This document shows positions 21,759-32,171 of a stretch of 64,000 nt of DNA, in pieces. Source of the stretch: Bdellovibrionota bacterium (lineage in GTDB: Bacteria; Bdellovibrionota_C; UBA2361; CALJRW01); contig JBGSMD010000030.1 of the NCBI GenBank assembly GCA_041740355.1, positions 64,001-128,000 on the forward strand, written 5' to 3'. Both the position numbers and the translations under genes were made by a program. The stretch's first letter is position 1, and each line of letters starts with the position of its first letter. Under the pieces are notes generated by a model. That model had not been told where the DNA came from. It saw nothing but the letters and a program-made list of their open reading frames with translations, and made no database searches.

Positions 21759-22763
21759 TTGGATTTTTTTAATTATCAGTTACCTGCGGAAAGAATTGCG
21801 CAGCGACCAGTTTATCCTTATGATCAGGCAAAGCTATTAATAGTAGATCGCGAATTCGATCAAATGCGCGTTGATAGTTTTTCTAATATTGCTAACTATT
21901 TAAGAGCAAATGATTTATTAATCTTTAATAATACAGCGGTTAGACCTTCTCGGCTTTTTGGAAAGCTAAGTACTGGTGGTCATCTTGAATTATTACTTGT
22001 TAGGAGTTCCAAAGAATCTACATGGTGGTGTTTAGCTAGGCCCCTCAAAAAACTGCTTCAAGGTAAAATTTTATATTTTGAGGAAGGTTTAGAAGGTATT
22101 GTTTTAGAGCAGAATACGCAACAAGTACTTATCGAATTTAATTTGACTGATGATCGGATTAAAGAAATCGCGCTGATGCCAATTCCACCATACATCCGAA
22201 GGGGGCATGGTGACAAACAAGACCTCATTGATTATCAAACGTCCTTTGCTGAAATTGAAGGATCGATTGCGGCTCCAACAGCAAGCCTACATTTTACTCC
22301 GGAGTTGCTTACAAAGTTAAAAGCAAAAGAAATTTCTCTGGAGTATTTAACCTTACATGTGGGTACGGCAAGTTTCTTACCTTTGCAATTTAATGATCAA
22401 GATTCAATAACACCTCCTGGGTCAGAAGATTTTTGGGTTAACGAAGATTTGATTAAGAAGATTTTGCAAACAAAAGCAAATCGAGGTCGTGTCATTGCTG
22501 TGGGGACAACGGCGGTAAGGGCCTTAGAAAGTAGTAATTTAACAATCAATAATTATCATGGTTCAACTGAACTCTTTATTCAACCTGGCTATAAATTTAA
22601 AGTAATTGATGCTATGGTCACCAACTTCCATCAGCCTAGTACAACACATTTAATGTTAGTTCAGGCCTTTCTGGGATATAATTTAATTAATGAGAGCTAT
22701 AAATTTGCCTTGGAAAATGAATTTAGGTTTCTGAGTTATGGAGATGGAATGCTATGTCTTTAA
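21759..22763 (+). CDS. queA: S-adenosylmethionine:tRNA ribosyltransferase-isomerase
   Basis: LPAERIAQRP, MPIPPYIRR, AAPTASLHF, VGTT, TNFHQP, FLSYGDGM. Confidence 0.97.
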   Translation: MDFFNYQLPAERIAQRPVYPYDQAKLLIVDREFDQMRVDSFSNIANYLRANDLLIFNNTAVRPSRLFGKLSTGGHLELLLVRSSKESTWWCLARPLKKLLQGKILYFEEGLEGIVLEQNTQQVLIEFNLTDDRIKEIALMPIPPYIRRGHGDKQDLIDYQTSFAEIEGSIAAPTASLHFTPELLTKLKAKEISLEYLTLHVGTASFLPLQFNDQDSITPPGSEDFWVNEDLIKKILQTKANRGRVIAVGTTAVRALESSNLTINNYHGSTELFIQPGYKFKVIDAMVTNFHQPSTTHLMLVQAFLGYNLINESYKFALENEFRFLSYGDGMLCL

Positions 22764-23881
22764 ACACCCACCAATTAATTAAACAAGATGGCACTGCTCG
22801 TCTAGGTAATTACACAACTTTACATGGGATTTTTGAAACTCCCAATTTTATGCCCGTGGGAACTAAGGCCAGTGTTAAAGGTGTCGATGTTCAAAGGCTT
22901 AGTGAGATTGGTACTCAAATAACTTTAGTTAATACCTATCATTTATGGTTAAGGCCTGGTCCTGAATTAATTGAACAATTTGGTGGGATTCATAAGTTTT
23001 GTGGTTGGTCAGGACCAATCTTGAGTGATAGTGGTGGATTTCAAATCTATAGCCTAAAAGCAATTCGTAAATTAGAAGAAGAGGGAGTAACTTTTAAGTC
23101 TCACCTAGATGGTAAAGTGTTATTTCTGTCTCCCGAGAAGGCCATTCAAATTCAGGAAGCTTATGGTGTTGATGTGGCGATGGTTCTTGATGAATGTCCC
23201 GATGCCACGCTCAGTTGGCAAAAGATTTCGGACTCGCTTGATCGAACGTTGCGTTGGAGCGAAAGATGTTTAGCTGCTAGGCGCAAACAAACTGCAATTT
23301 TTGGAATCACCCAAGGAGCGCTTTATCCTGATTTACGTCAAAAATCAGCGGAAGTTTTAGCAGCTCAAAACTTTGATGGTTTGGCAATTGGTGGCCTAAG
23401 TGTAGGAGAAACTACGGATCAGATGTACGAAGTTTTGAGTTATCACGTTGATCATTTACCAAAAAATAAAATTCGTTACTTAATGGGAGTTGGGACTCCT
23501 CAGGATATCACTGAAGCAGTTTATCGTGGTATTGATTTGTTTGATTGCGTGATGCCGACGCGTTCGGGACGCTTTGGAAGGGCATTTGTTTCCGGCGATC
23601 AGCCATATATTAATGTAAAAAATTCTCAGTATGCCACCTTAGACCAGGCAATCGATCCAAATTGTGATTGTTTTGCTTGTCGCACTTATTCTTTAGCCTA
23701 TGTACATCATTTATTTAAAGTTGATGAAATGTTGGGCCCTCAATTGCTTAGCATTCATAATCTTCGCTACTATTTGAAATTAATGGAAAATATTCGCGCG
23801 GCAATTAAAGCTGATACTTATGATAAGTTTCATCAAGAGGAACAAAGTCGCTGGAAAAATTTTCGCTTAACTAAGTCATGA
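22754..23881 (+). CDS. tgt: tRNA-guanine(34) transglycosylase
   Basis: TPNFMPVGT, NTYHL, DSGGFQ, GGLSVGE, RYLMGVG, FDCVMPTR, CDCFAC...HN zinc site. Confidence 0.98.
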   Translation: MSLNTHQLIKQDGTARLGNYTTLHGIFETPNFMPVGTKASVKGVDVQRLSEIGTQITLVNTYHLWLRPGPELIEQFGGIHKFCGWSGPILSDSGGFQIYSLKAIRKLEEEGVTFKSHLDGKVLFLSPEKAIQIQEAYGVDVAMVLDECPDATLSWQKISDSLDRTLRWSERCLAARRKQTAIFGITQGALYPDLRQKSAEVLAAQNFDGLAIGGLSVGETTDQMYEVLSYHVDHLPKNKIRYLMGVGTPQDITEAVYRGIDLFDCVMPTRSGRFGRAFVSGDQPYINVKNSQYATLDQAIDPNCDCFACRTYSLAYVHHLFKVDEMLGPQLLSIHNLRYYLKLMENIRAAIKADTYDKFHQEEQSRWKNFRLTKS

Positions 23882-24327
23882 GATTATTATTCCTGATAGT
23901 ATTGATCTTAGCTAATAGCATCCAGGCGGAAAGTGCTGTTAAAGAATTGAATTTAACTAGTAGTGCCAGCAGTTATCATGAGGATTTACCAATCACTTTG
24001 ACTGTAAAGTTTAAACTTAATGCTGGATGGCATATCTACGCGAAAGAGCCCGGTAAGTTTGGTTTGCCAACGGAATTCAGTTTAAAAAGTTCCAGTAAGA
24101 TTAACTCAGACGAATGGCAATATCCTAAAGCAGAAAAATTTGAAGAGCTTACAGGGGATATCACTTTTGGATACAGAGATTCTGCCGAGTTTAATTTGCA
24201 AGTAACTCCTGAGTATAACTTTAAAAAAAATCTTGATTTTGAAGTAGACGCTAAGTGGTTGGCCTGTAATCAAGAACTCTGTGTGCCTGGTCAAAAGATT
24301 TTAAGTCTAAGTTTGCCTTACAAATAG
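23878..24327 (+). CDS. exported stand-alone DsbD N-terminal-domain protein
   Basis: Signal peptide; GWHIYAKEPGKFGLPT; WLACNQELCVPG. Confidence 0.85.
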   Translation: MRLLFLIVLILANSIQAESAVKELNLTSSASSYHEDLPITLTVKFKLNAGWHIYAKEPGKFGLPTEFSLKSSSKINSDEWQYPKAEKFEELTGDITFGYRDSAEFNLQVTPEYNFKKNLDFEVDAKWLACNQELCVPGQKILSLSLPYK

Positions 24328-24330
24328 CAC

Positions 24331-24840
24331 TTAGGTATCTTCGTGATGTAAGTGATCATCTTCCGGATCGATCATTTTATTTTGATTTCTAAAAGATCTT
24401 TGCTTGATAAAAGTCCAAGTAATAATTCGTGATACCATAATCACAACTAGGCTGATAATCACAGCAATAATCGCCAGTGGAGTTTCTCCCAGTCCAGTTA
24501 AGATTCCAACTGCGGCTGTAAACCAAATGTAGGCTGCAGTGGTAAGCCCATTTACCGTTCCTCCGGAACGAAAGATTGTACCAGCACCAAGAAATCCAAT
24601 ACCTGTAACAATTTGAGCTGCAATTCTTCCGGGATCAGCACCAGGGACATCTTCCGCAATAATCTTAGAGGTAATTGTGAAAAGACAACTTCCTAAACAA
24701 ATTAAACTAAATGTTTTAGGGCCAGAAGACTTTTTAGAAACTTTACGCTCTAAACCGACAATTCCACCTAGTAGCGAAGCAATTAACAACATGCTAATCT
24801 CATGAGAGAAATGACTGGTAATTTCAATTATATAATTCAT
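24331..24840 (-). CDS. mgtC: MgtC/SapB family membrane protein
   Basis: VGLER, DPGRIAAQIVTGIGFLGAGTI, GLTTAA. Confidence 0.93.
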   Translation of the reverse strand: MNYIIEITSHFSHEISMLLIASLLGGIVGLERKVSKKSSGPKTFSLICLGSCLFTITSKIIAEDVPGADPGRIAAQIVTGIGFLGAGTIFRSGGTVNGLTTAAYIWFTAAVGILTGLGETPLAIIAVIISLVVIMVSRIITWTFIKQRSFRNQNKMIDPEDDHLHHEDT

Positions 24841-24956
24841 TACCGAAGTTTAGCTTGTTCTGTTTGTTTTCAAAATAGGAATTTTTATAGTAATTCTCTA
24901 TAGTATTGAATTATTTTCTTCAGCATAGTTGGCCAATCGTTTATCCAAATCCTTGA

Positions 24957-26303
24957 ATGATATTAGTCATACTTTTTTTAGTTATTCTAATTGTCCTGAC
25001 GGCACTATACGTGGCAGCAGAGTTTGCCGCCGTTGGTGTTAGGCATACCCAGATTAAGTCTTATGCTGATAATGGTAACGCCTTAGCAAAAAGATTACTT
25101 CCGATATTAGAAGATGCCCGAGGCCTAGATCGCTACATAGCTTGTTGCCAAGTTGGTATTACATTAACCAGTCTGATTTTAGGAGCAATTGGTCAACTAA
25201 GTTTAGGTAGGTTTTTGGGCGATATGATTATTTCAATTTTTGAAATAACAGCAGTCCAAGCTTACTCCATCTCCGCATTAATTACCTTGATCATCTTAAC
25301 TGTCTCTCAAGTGATTTTTGGAGAACTGATCCCAAAATCACTTGCTCTGCAGTTTCCTATTAAAACTGCCCTTTGGACCGTCATTCCGATGGAATGGTCC
25401 TTGAGGTTGTTAGGGCCATTTATCACTTTTCTGAACGGTAGTGGAAATATTTTATTAAAATGCATTGGGATCCAACCAGCGACGCACAGTCATATCCATT
25501 CGCCCCAAGAAATAGCCATGTTGATTGCGGAAAGTAGGGATGGTGGTTTTTTGGAAGAAGAAGAATTTAAGAGATTAAATCAGGCTCTTACTTTATCATC
25601 AAAAACAGCGCACCAGATTATGGTGCCAAGACAGGAAATTAGAGCAATCGATATTGATTTGCCAATTGAGCAAATTGTTAAAAATTTAGTGGACAGCCCC
25701 TATACCAGATTACCAGTTTATCGTGATACGATTGATAAAGTTATCGGTGTTGTTCGAGTTAAAGATCTTGTTACAAAGTATTCACGTGAAGAAACATTTA
25801 GTTCAATTGCCGAGTTAATTGCTCCAGTAACCTTAGTGCCAGAATCAATCAGTGCGGAAAGAGTCTTAACATTATTACGAGAAAAAGGGGCACACCAAGC
25901 TCTGGTTGTAGATGAACATGGATCTCTTAAAGGTTTGATTACCTTAGAAGATGTTTTATCAGAATTATTTGGCGAAATCGCCGATGAATTTAAAGTTAAA
26001 GGTGAAGCGAATTTTGAAGTATTAGGACAAGATCGGTTTAGAGTTCCGGGCAAAATTCGATTAGATCATTTAGCAAGCAAAACGGGGATTGATTTTCAGG
26101 GAGATGCTGACACGCTTAGTGGCTATCTTGTGGAAAAATTGGGTTTTTTGCCAAAAGGAAAAGAAATCCTAGAGGTAGATGGTTGGCGAATTAGAATTGA
26201 AAAAGTTAAAAACCATGTTGTTAGCACAGCTGTTATTCGTAAGTTGAAAGTTGCTGATATAATTTCTGAAGCCATGAGCTCTGATCTTCAGGAGAAAGAA
26301 TGA
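24957..26303 (+). CDS. hemolysin-family CNNM-CBS-CorC protein (paralog 1)
   Basis: AAEFA, QVGIT, GELIPKSLA, IMVPR, YTRLPVY, VVDEHG, TLEDVL. Confidence 0.93.
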   Translation: MILVILFLVILIVLTALYVAAEFAAVGVRHTQIKSYADNGNALAKRLLPILEDARGLDRYIACCQVGITLTSLILGAIGQLSLGRFLGDMIISIFEITAVQAYSISALITLIILTVSQVIFGELIPKSLALQFPIKTALWTVIPMEWSLRLLGPFITFLNGSGNILLKCIGIQPATHSHIHSPQEIAMLIAESRDGGFLEEEEFKRLNQALTLSSKTAHQIMVPRQEIRAIDIDLPIEQIVKNLVDSPYTRLPVYRDTIDKVIGVVRVKDLVTKYSREETFSSIAELIAPVTLVPESISAERVLTLLREKGAHQALVVDEHGSLKGLITLEDVLSELFGEIADEFKVKGEANFEVLGQDRFRVPGKIRLDHLASKTGIDFQGDADTLSGYLVEKLGFLPKGKEILEVDGWRIRIEKVKNHVVSTAVIRKLKVADIISEAMSSDLQEKE

Positions 26304-27580
26304 CCGCAACATTAATTATTCTATTACTTTTATTATTAAACGCCTTATTTGTCTTGGCAGAGTTTGCGCTTTTAGCTGCCCCTAAAACTATTATCGAAGG
26401 TCGTGCTAATCAAGGCGAGAAGCTCGCTCGCAAGGTTTTAGATTTAATAGAAGATCCAAAGCTTCAAGATCGTTATATTGGGACTGCGCAGTTAGGTATT
26501 ACTTTGGCCAGTTTAGGACTGGGGATGTATGGTGAGCATGTTTTAGCGAATTGGTTTTTTCAGCAATTTGAATACCTGGGGTTAACGGCGATCGTTGGAA
26601 TTCATGCCGCCGCCACCATTCTTTCTATTTCGGTTCTAACATTTCTTCACATTGTTCTGGGAGAAATGATTCCTAAGTCGATTGCTTTACAAAATAGTGA
26701 AACTCCCATGATGATCATTGCTAGACCAATGATTTTTATAAATTTCTTGTTATATCCATTTGTTGCTATCTTAAACTGGATTAGTTATTTCCTGTTAAAA
26801 ATCTGCGGAATTAAGCGTGAAGAAGCCTCCTCACGTTTTTATACTCCTGATGAGTTAGAGATGATTGTTGAAAAAAGCCAAGAAGTAGGTTTAATTCATA
26901 AAGACTCTGGACAAGTAATTAAAGACTTACTGAAGTTTGGTGATCTAACTGCTTACTCGGCAATGACCCCTCGAGTGCATGTTGCTGGAATTCCTGTAGG
27001 CGCTGATTATGCCAAGTTGCGAGAGATAATTGGAGAAGATTCTCATACTCGCTATCCAGTTTATGATGAAAATTTAGACCACATTGTTGGTGTAATTCAT
27101 ATTAAAGAAATCCTTTCCATTTTAATCAATAAAAATTCGATTAGTGCAGATGCTGTCCGTAGCATTCCCTATATTCCAGAGAACACCCCTTTGGACTCAG
27201 TCTTCAATACAATGAGGAATGAACGTGCCCAAATGATCGTGGTGATGGATGAACATGGAGGAACTTCCGGGATAATTACGATTGAAGATTTATTCGAAGA
27301 AATTGTTGGTGAAATTGAGGAAGGGAATAATGAAACTCCTGACGAGGAGGATCCATCCACGATAATTGTAGTTGGAACAGAGCGACTAGATGAAGTCGCG
27401 GAAAGTTTAGGTTCAATTCTAGAACATGAAGATGTCGAAACTGTTAGTGGGTTAGTTTTATCTCTTCTTGGTCGCCCTCCAGTTATTGGTGATAAAGTTC
27501 ATTTTCAAGGATTAGAATTTAAAGTTTTAGAAATTGAAGGGCATGGTGTCTCTGAATGTCGAGTAAGGATAATAGTTTAA
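26300..27580 (+). CDS. hemolysin-family CNNM-CBS-CorC protein (paralog 2)
   Basis: AEFA, QLGIT, GEMIPKSIA, MTPR, HTRYPVY, DEHGGTSGIITIEDLFEEIVGEI; ATGA overlap with paralog 1. Confidence 0.93.
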   Translation: MTATLIILLLLLLNALFVLAEFALLAAPKTIIEGRANQGEKLARKVLDLIEDPKLQDRYIGTAQLGITLASLGLGMYGEHVLANWFFQQFEYLGLTAIVGIHAAATILSISVLTFLHIVLGEMIPKSIALQNSETPMMIIARPMIFINFLLYPFVAILNWISYFLLKICGIKREEASSRFYTPDELEMIVEKSQEVGLIHKDSGQVIKDLLKFGDLTAYSAMTPRVHVAGIPVGADYAKLREIIGEDSHTRYPVYDENLDHIVGVIHIKEILSILINKNSISADAVRSIPYIPENTPLDSVFNTMRNERAQMIVVMDEHGGTSGIITIEDLFEEIVGEIEEGNNETPDEEDPSTIIVVGTERLDEVAESLGSILEHEDVETVSGLVLSLLGRPPVIGDKVHFQGLEFKVLEIEGHGVSECRVRIIV

Positions 27581-27589
27581 AAGGGAGAT

Positions 27590-28630
27590 ATGAATTTAAT
27601 CAAATTATTTTTTATTTGCTTGGTAGTTTTTCCATTTTCAGCATTTGCAGATCGGAAAATAAAAATTGGTATCAGTTTACCATTGTCAGGTGAAGTGTCA
27701 TATATGGGTAATGACATCAGAAACAGTTTGGAATTTATTAATAAAGAGATTGGAGGTGATAAGTTTGAACTTGTTTTTGAAGATGACAAATGCCAACCAA
27801 AGGAAGCTACAGCAGTCGCTAATAAATTAATTAATGTTGATCAGGTGAAGGCGGTACTTGTTAGTTGTACCATGTCGATTATACCAACAGCGACTATTTA
27901 TCAAAAAAGTAATATTCCGGTAATTGTCACCTTAGGATCGTCATCACAAATAGCTAAGCTCGGAGCTGGCATATTTCGAGTTAGTACTAATGATTACTTT
28001 GCAGCAAAAAAATACTATGAAACTACAATCAAAGATCATCGAAAAATTTTAGCTTTAGTTGATGAGAATGATTATTCCATAGCATTCTTTAATGATCTAA
28101 AAAGTTTTTTCCAACCCCATCAAGAAATTAAACATGAATTCTTTAAAGTTGATAATTTAGATTTTAGAAGTCTTGTTCTTCGCAATAAAAGTTATAATCC
28201 TGATGGGATAGTAATCCTTCCACTTAGTCAGGAGCCGCTGATCAGTTTAATCAGACAAATTAGAGGACAGGGCCTTAATCAAAAAATTTATACAGCGTAC
28301 ATGCAGTTTCCGAACGGTATTTTAGCTGGAATTGAAGGTGATGGGGTTTATAATTTGATTAATACTAATATATCACAAAGTTACACTGAAGCTGGTAATA
28401 ATCTTTATCAAAAATTTTTATCATTATACCCAAAACCAAGCTATGATTTAACGTTTGTCGGATCGATCGAAGCTTATCGATCAATAACTCAAGCAATCCT
28501 TAATTCACCAGATGATATTAATAATTATTTAACTTCGGCAACTTTCAATGGTTTAATTGGTAATTGGAAATTCAATAAAGATCGGGAAGTTGATTTTTGG
28601 AATTTTGAAGTACAGAAAGTTTCGAATTGA
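27590..28630 (+). CDS. ABC transporter substrate-binding protein (LivJ/LivK-like), orphan
   Basis: Signal peptide, IKIGISLPLSG, EDDKCQPKEA, DFRSLV, FNGLIG. Confidence 0.85.
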   Translation: MNLIKLFFICLVVFPFSAFADRKIKIGISLPLSGEVSYMGNDIRNSLEFINKEIGGDKFELVFEDDKCQPKEATAVANKLINVDQVKAVLVSCTMSIIPTATIYQKSNIPVIVTLGSSSQIAKLGAGIFRVSTNDYFAAKKYYETTIKDHRKILALVDENDYSIAFFNDLKSFFQPHQEIKHEFFKVDNLDFRSLVLRNKSYNPDGIVILPLSQEPLISLIRQIRGQGLNQKIYTAYMQFPNGILAGIEGDGVYNLINTNISQSYTEAGNNLYQKFLSLYPKPSYDLTFVGSIEAYRSITQAILNSPDDINNYLTSATFNGLIGNWKFNKDREVDFWNFEVQKVSN

Positions 28631-28658
28631 TATTATGTAATTTAAAAAATACCAATAT

Positions 28659-30536
28659 TTAATTTTTTAAAAGAATTAAGGCGCGCTTCAACTTCCGTTT
28701 AGCAACTTTTGGATTGTTGTTTTTTGCATTTTGCAATGCATTCTTAAGAAGTCTTCGGATTTTTGTTTTCATTTCAGTAGATAGCGCTAAATCGGATTTT
28801 ACTAATTGAATAAGATCCTTAATTACACGAGTACCTTTTCGATTCTTAGAAATAATTAATTTAAATTCTTCGATGGCACTTTGTATTTCCTCAATAATTA
28901 AACAATCAAAAATGTCATTATTGTTAGCGTCTAAATCTAAAAATCCACAACCACATGCGCCTGCTTGGAATTTTTCAGGGTCGGAAGTACACTGATCAAG
29001 TGGATTCGAAATATGTAGAAATTGATTGGAAGTACTATATTCAAGATTTAAAGCCTCGGACCAAAAAATGTGGGCACTGCCAGTACTATCGACAATCAAT
29101 TGAGGCTCAGAAGCGGAAAAAGTTGTTAAATCTAGGTTAGTTTTAGCAGATAAATTATTAAAGGTATTATTATGAGAATTCCAATAAAGAATATCACTAT
29201 TATCATTGAGTGAAGTAACAATAGCTTCGATTGCCACGTGACGAATATCGTTCTCATCTATATGTAGTTTAGGAGCGCCATAAACCCCCCTAATTGTAGG
29301 ATCTAAAGTTGTGACTGGAGTTAATCCCGTTACACTGTCCCATAAATAAACATGATAATCATTATCTAGAGGATCAAAATTGGTTTTGGTATTAAATCCA
29401 ACAATTACATTTCTGCCACTATTATCCAAAGCTAAAGTTGGAGCGGAGACATCATTTTCGAAAAAATCATAATTAGCCGTGATGTTTGTGACCGCTGAAC
29501 TTTTAGTTTCAAAATAAAATAATTGTAACTCTCCACCTTCAAAAGTATTTTCTGTCCAAGCTAGATAGGCCTCTCCATTATTATCTACAAGTAATTTTAA
29601 GTGATCGACAAAAGTATTCTCTTTAGATAACTCTACTATTCCTGATAAATTTTGAATGCTATTAAAATCATAGAAAAAGACTTCGGAATCATCATTAATC
29701 GTATTTGGAGCAATCCAGGTAATATAAGCTTGGTCATTAAAATGATTGTAAATGATATCATTAGTGACATCAGGAAACCATGCAGGTGGGTTCTCTGTAA
29801 TAGTTTGTAAGAGAGTATGGTCATCGCTACTCCAATGATAAAGCTCTTGTCTAAAGGGAGAGTTACTAACATTAGTCCACAAAGCGATATTAACCTTACC
29901 TAGAGAATTTATTATAAAATCAAATTGAACAGTATAATAATCACTGTTTAAGGCTAGGTCGGCAGTTATATTTGATAGTATTTCTGTACTTCCATTCCAA
30001 TAGTATAAGTCACCATTAAATGTTGTCCCATCAGAATGAATCCACAAAATATGAGGTTTGTTATTTGCATCTAATTTCATGTCGACAGTATCAACCTTAT
30101 AAAATGCACCGAATCCATTGGGATCATTTAGCAGTGAGGTTAGGTTCAATATTCCTGTATTTGAGTTGTAGTAAAAAACATTTTGATTTTCCATCCAAGA
30201 GATATGCACTACATCATCAGTGGATATTTTGATTACAGCTGCATCGATGAATCCAGATTGATTCGCACCTGTCAGATCAGAAAGATTAATAATAGAGTCT
30301 GTTGAGTTATTAAAATAAATTAAATCACTCACATTAGAGCTATTAAATTCCTTCCAGATAGCGTGAGTAGTATTTATTGAATCTAAGGCAATTTTACCCT
30401 CTACCGAAGAATTAAAGCTAATTTGATCGTCAACTAAATCGCTGACATTTTTATTGGTTTCGGATAATGCTAGATTAGCGAATAGAAAAAAGTATACTGT
30501 TAAATAAGATATGTTTATTAAAGTTTCTTTCATCAT
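28659..30536 (-). CDS. secreted beta-propeller-like repeat protein with C-terminal Cys/Asp (TSP3-like) motif and basic tail
   Basis: About 8 repeats of N[LI][ST]...D..G..H[IL].W...[LV][FY]YW; DQCTSDPEKFQAGACGCG..D.D....IFDC; Lys/Arg-rich end. Confidence 0.65.
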   Translation of the reverse strand: MMKETLINISYLTVYFFLFANLALSETNKNVSDLVDDQISFNSSVEGKIALDSINTTHAIWKEFNSSNVSDLIYFNNSTDSIINLSDLTGANQSGFIDAAVIKISTDDVVHISWMENQNVFYYNSNTGILNLTSLLNDPNGFGAFYKVDTVDMKLDANNKPHILWIHSDGTTFNGDLYYWNGSTEILSNITADLALNSDYYTVQFDFIINSLGKVNIALWTNVSNSPFRQELYHWSSDDHTLLQTITENPPAWFPDVTNDIIYNHFNDQAYITWIAPNTINDDSEVFFYDFNSIQNLSGIVELSKENTFVDHLKLLVDNNGEAYLAWTENTFEGGELQLFYFETKSSAVTNITANYDFFENDVSAPTLALDNSGRNVIVGFNTKTNFDPLDNDYHVYLWDSVTGLTPVTTLDPTIRGVYGAPKLHIDENDIRHVAIEAIVTSLNDNSDILYWNSHNNTFNNLSAKTNLDLTTFSASEPQLIVDSTGSAHIFWSEALNLEYSTSNQFLHISNPLDQCTSDPEKFQAGACGCGFLDLDANNNDIFDCLIIEEIQSAIEEFKLIISKNRKGTRVIKDLIQLVKSDLALSTEMKTKIRRLLKNALQNAKNNNPKVAKRKLKRALILLKN

Positions 30537-30884
30537 TTGCTTTAATCTCAATTCAAATACGCTAAAGATTTAAATTGCATTCTTTTTGATTCCTTAACGG
30601 AAATCCTTATATATAATAAATAGCAAGATTTTTGATGCATTTTAGGCATGTTCAGATTCAGAGTAATCACAAACATTCTTGATTAGAATCTTTATTTAAA
30701 AGACTTAAATATGAATAATAATTAACTTTTTTAAATGATTAATTATTTGAAAATTACCTTATTTTCTTAACTTCAGCTCTTAATTACTTAGGTAAAATTC
30801 CTGATGAGTTTTTTCTTACCCTACATTCTATTTCATTAAAGTCACAAAAAGTAATGAGACGCTAAGTGCTGTGGTTAGATCGTG

Positions 30885-31397
30885 TTACTTTTCCAGAAAC
30901 TCTACATTTTCGGCACTTTGAATGATCCACTCTGTTCCAACTTTCTTTAATTTTAAAATCAATTCTTGAGCAAAGTCCTCGCTTGTGGCATTACTTTTTT
31001 CTTTGATTTTGGCAACGGCAGTTAAGTTAACCTCGGCACTATTTCCAGTTATTGTAATTTTTTGATCTTTAAAATCTAAATCTAATGAATCAAGATAGCT
31101 CCGAGTCAAAGTCGCAAATTTTACTAGTTGATCATGATTGTAAATTTTTTCCTTCTCTCCACTTGGAGTCTTTAGGGTAATTTCAGTTTGCTCCGCAAAA
31201 TGATTTGCCAATTCTTTAGCTTTTTTAATCTGCTCAAAGGGGTGCAATGTTTTTTGTTGGAAACTTGCTTGGTTAGCAACTTGTCGCAGGGTTCGTTTAA
31301 TTAAATCTTGATCGTTTACAAAAACAAAACTTTTGAGAAACCAGAAAGATAAAATAAGGCCAAAGCCTAAGAGGAATTTAGTGTTAACTTTTACCAT
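30885..31397 (-). CDS. membrane-anchored NTF2/SnoaL-like protein
   Basis: N-terminal TM; ITITGNSAEVNLT...LKLKKVGTEWII. Confidence 0.6.
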   Translation of the reverse strand: MVKVNTKFLLGFGLILSFWFLKSFVFVNDQDLIKRTLRQVANQASFQQKTLHPFEQIKKAKELANHFAEQTEITLKTPSGEKEKIYNHDQLVKFATLTRSYLDSLDLDFKDQKITITGNSAEVNLTAVAKIKEKSNATSEDFAQELILKLKKVGTEWIIQSAENVEFLEK

Positions 31398-31822
31398 AAA
31401 AAAACCACCTTTCCGATTATTCTTGATTGTTTGACTCTTCCATAGTCAATTATTTTTGATAGGTTCTGATTGTAAATTATAACAAAAAATTCAAATTCTT
31501 CATTTCTTCTTTCAGAATAATTGAAACTAGCAGGCAATAGCAATTCAGAAATTGACTTATTAAGTGATAATTGGCCATTAGAAATTTCAACCGTATCCAA
31601 AGGTTTCGCTATAACTTTAGCAAGTGTAGTCACATTTTCACCAGCGAGCTTAATGGCAATAGTTTGATTTAGATTAGGGGTAGCACAGACCTTACAAATC
31701 AACCCAAGTTTAAATGGTTTCAAAAGATATATAGGTTTGATTAAATATAAGCCAATAGTGACTGTTAGGCAGATAATTATTAATAAACGCCAAATCTTTA
31801 TTTCTCTTAAAATTTGGGTCAT
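31391..31822 (-). CDS. degenerate signal peptidase I (S26)-like membrane protein
   Basis: AKVIAKPLDTVEISNGQLSLN and DYGRVKQSRIIGKV match SPase I boxes D and E; catalytic Ser and Lys not evident. Confidence 0.6.
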   Translation of the reverse strand: MTQILREIKIWRLLIIICLTVTIGLYLIKPIYLLKPFKLGLICKVCATPNLNQTIAIKLAGENVTTLAKVIAKPLDTVEISNGQLSLNKSISELLLPASFNYSERRNEEFEFFVIIYNQNLSKIIDYGRVKQSRIIGKVVFLW

Positions 31823-32171
31823 AGAAATTATGTTTGTCTGCTAAAATTGAATATTCACCAGGTAGCGAGCAATTGGCTATGGTGCTTAACTTGACTTGCT
31901 AATTATCAAGTAATTGCTATAAATTACTACAGTTAATTTAATGTTGCCTTTCACGTAGTAGGTAAAAATATTGCTGAGATTTTTAAAAAGTTAGAAGTTC
32001 TAGTTGTTTCATGGTTAAAATTTAAATGATTTTGTCCATGAGTTTTAACCAACTAGTGTCTCTACGCTTAATTTACTTTGTAAATTGACTCCTTAAAGGA
32101 ATTTAAACTTTCTCCACAAGAATACCTGAAAGGTTCGATTTAACTATTTATTATGCCTAAAAACCTTAGTT

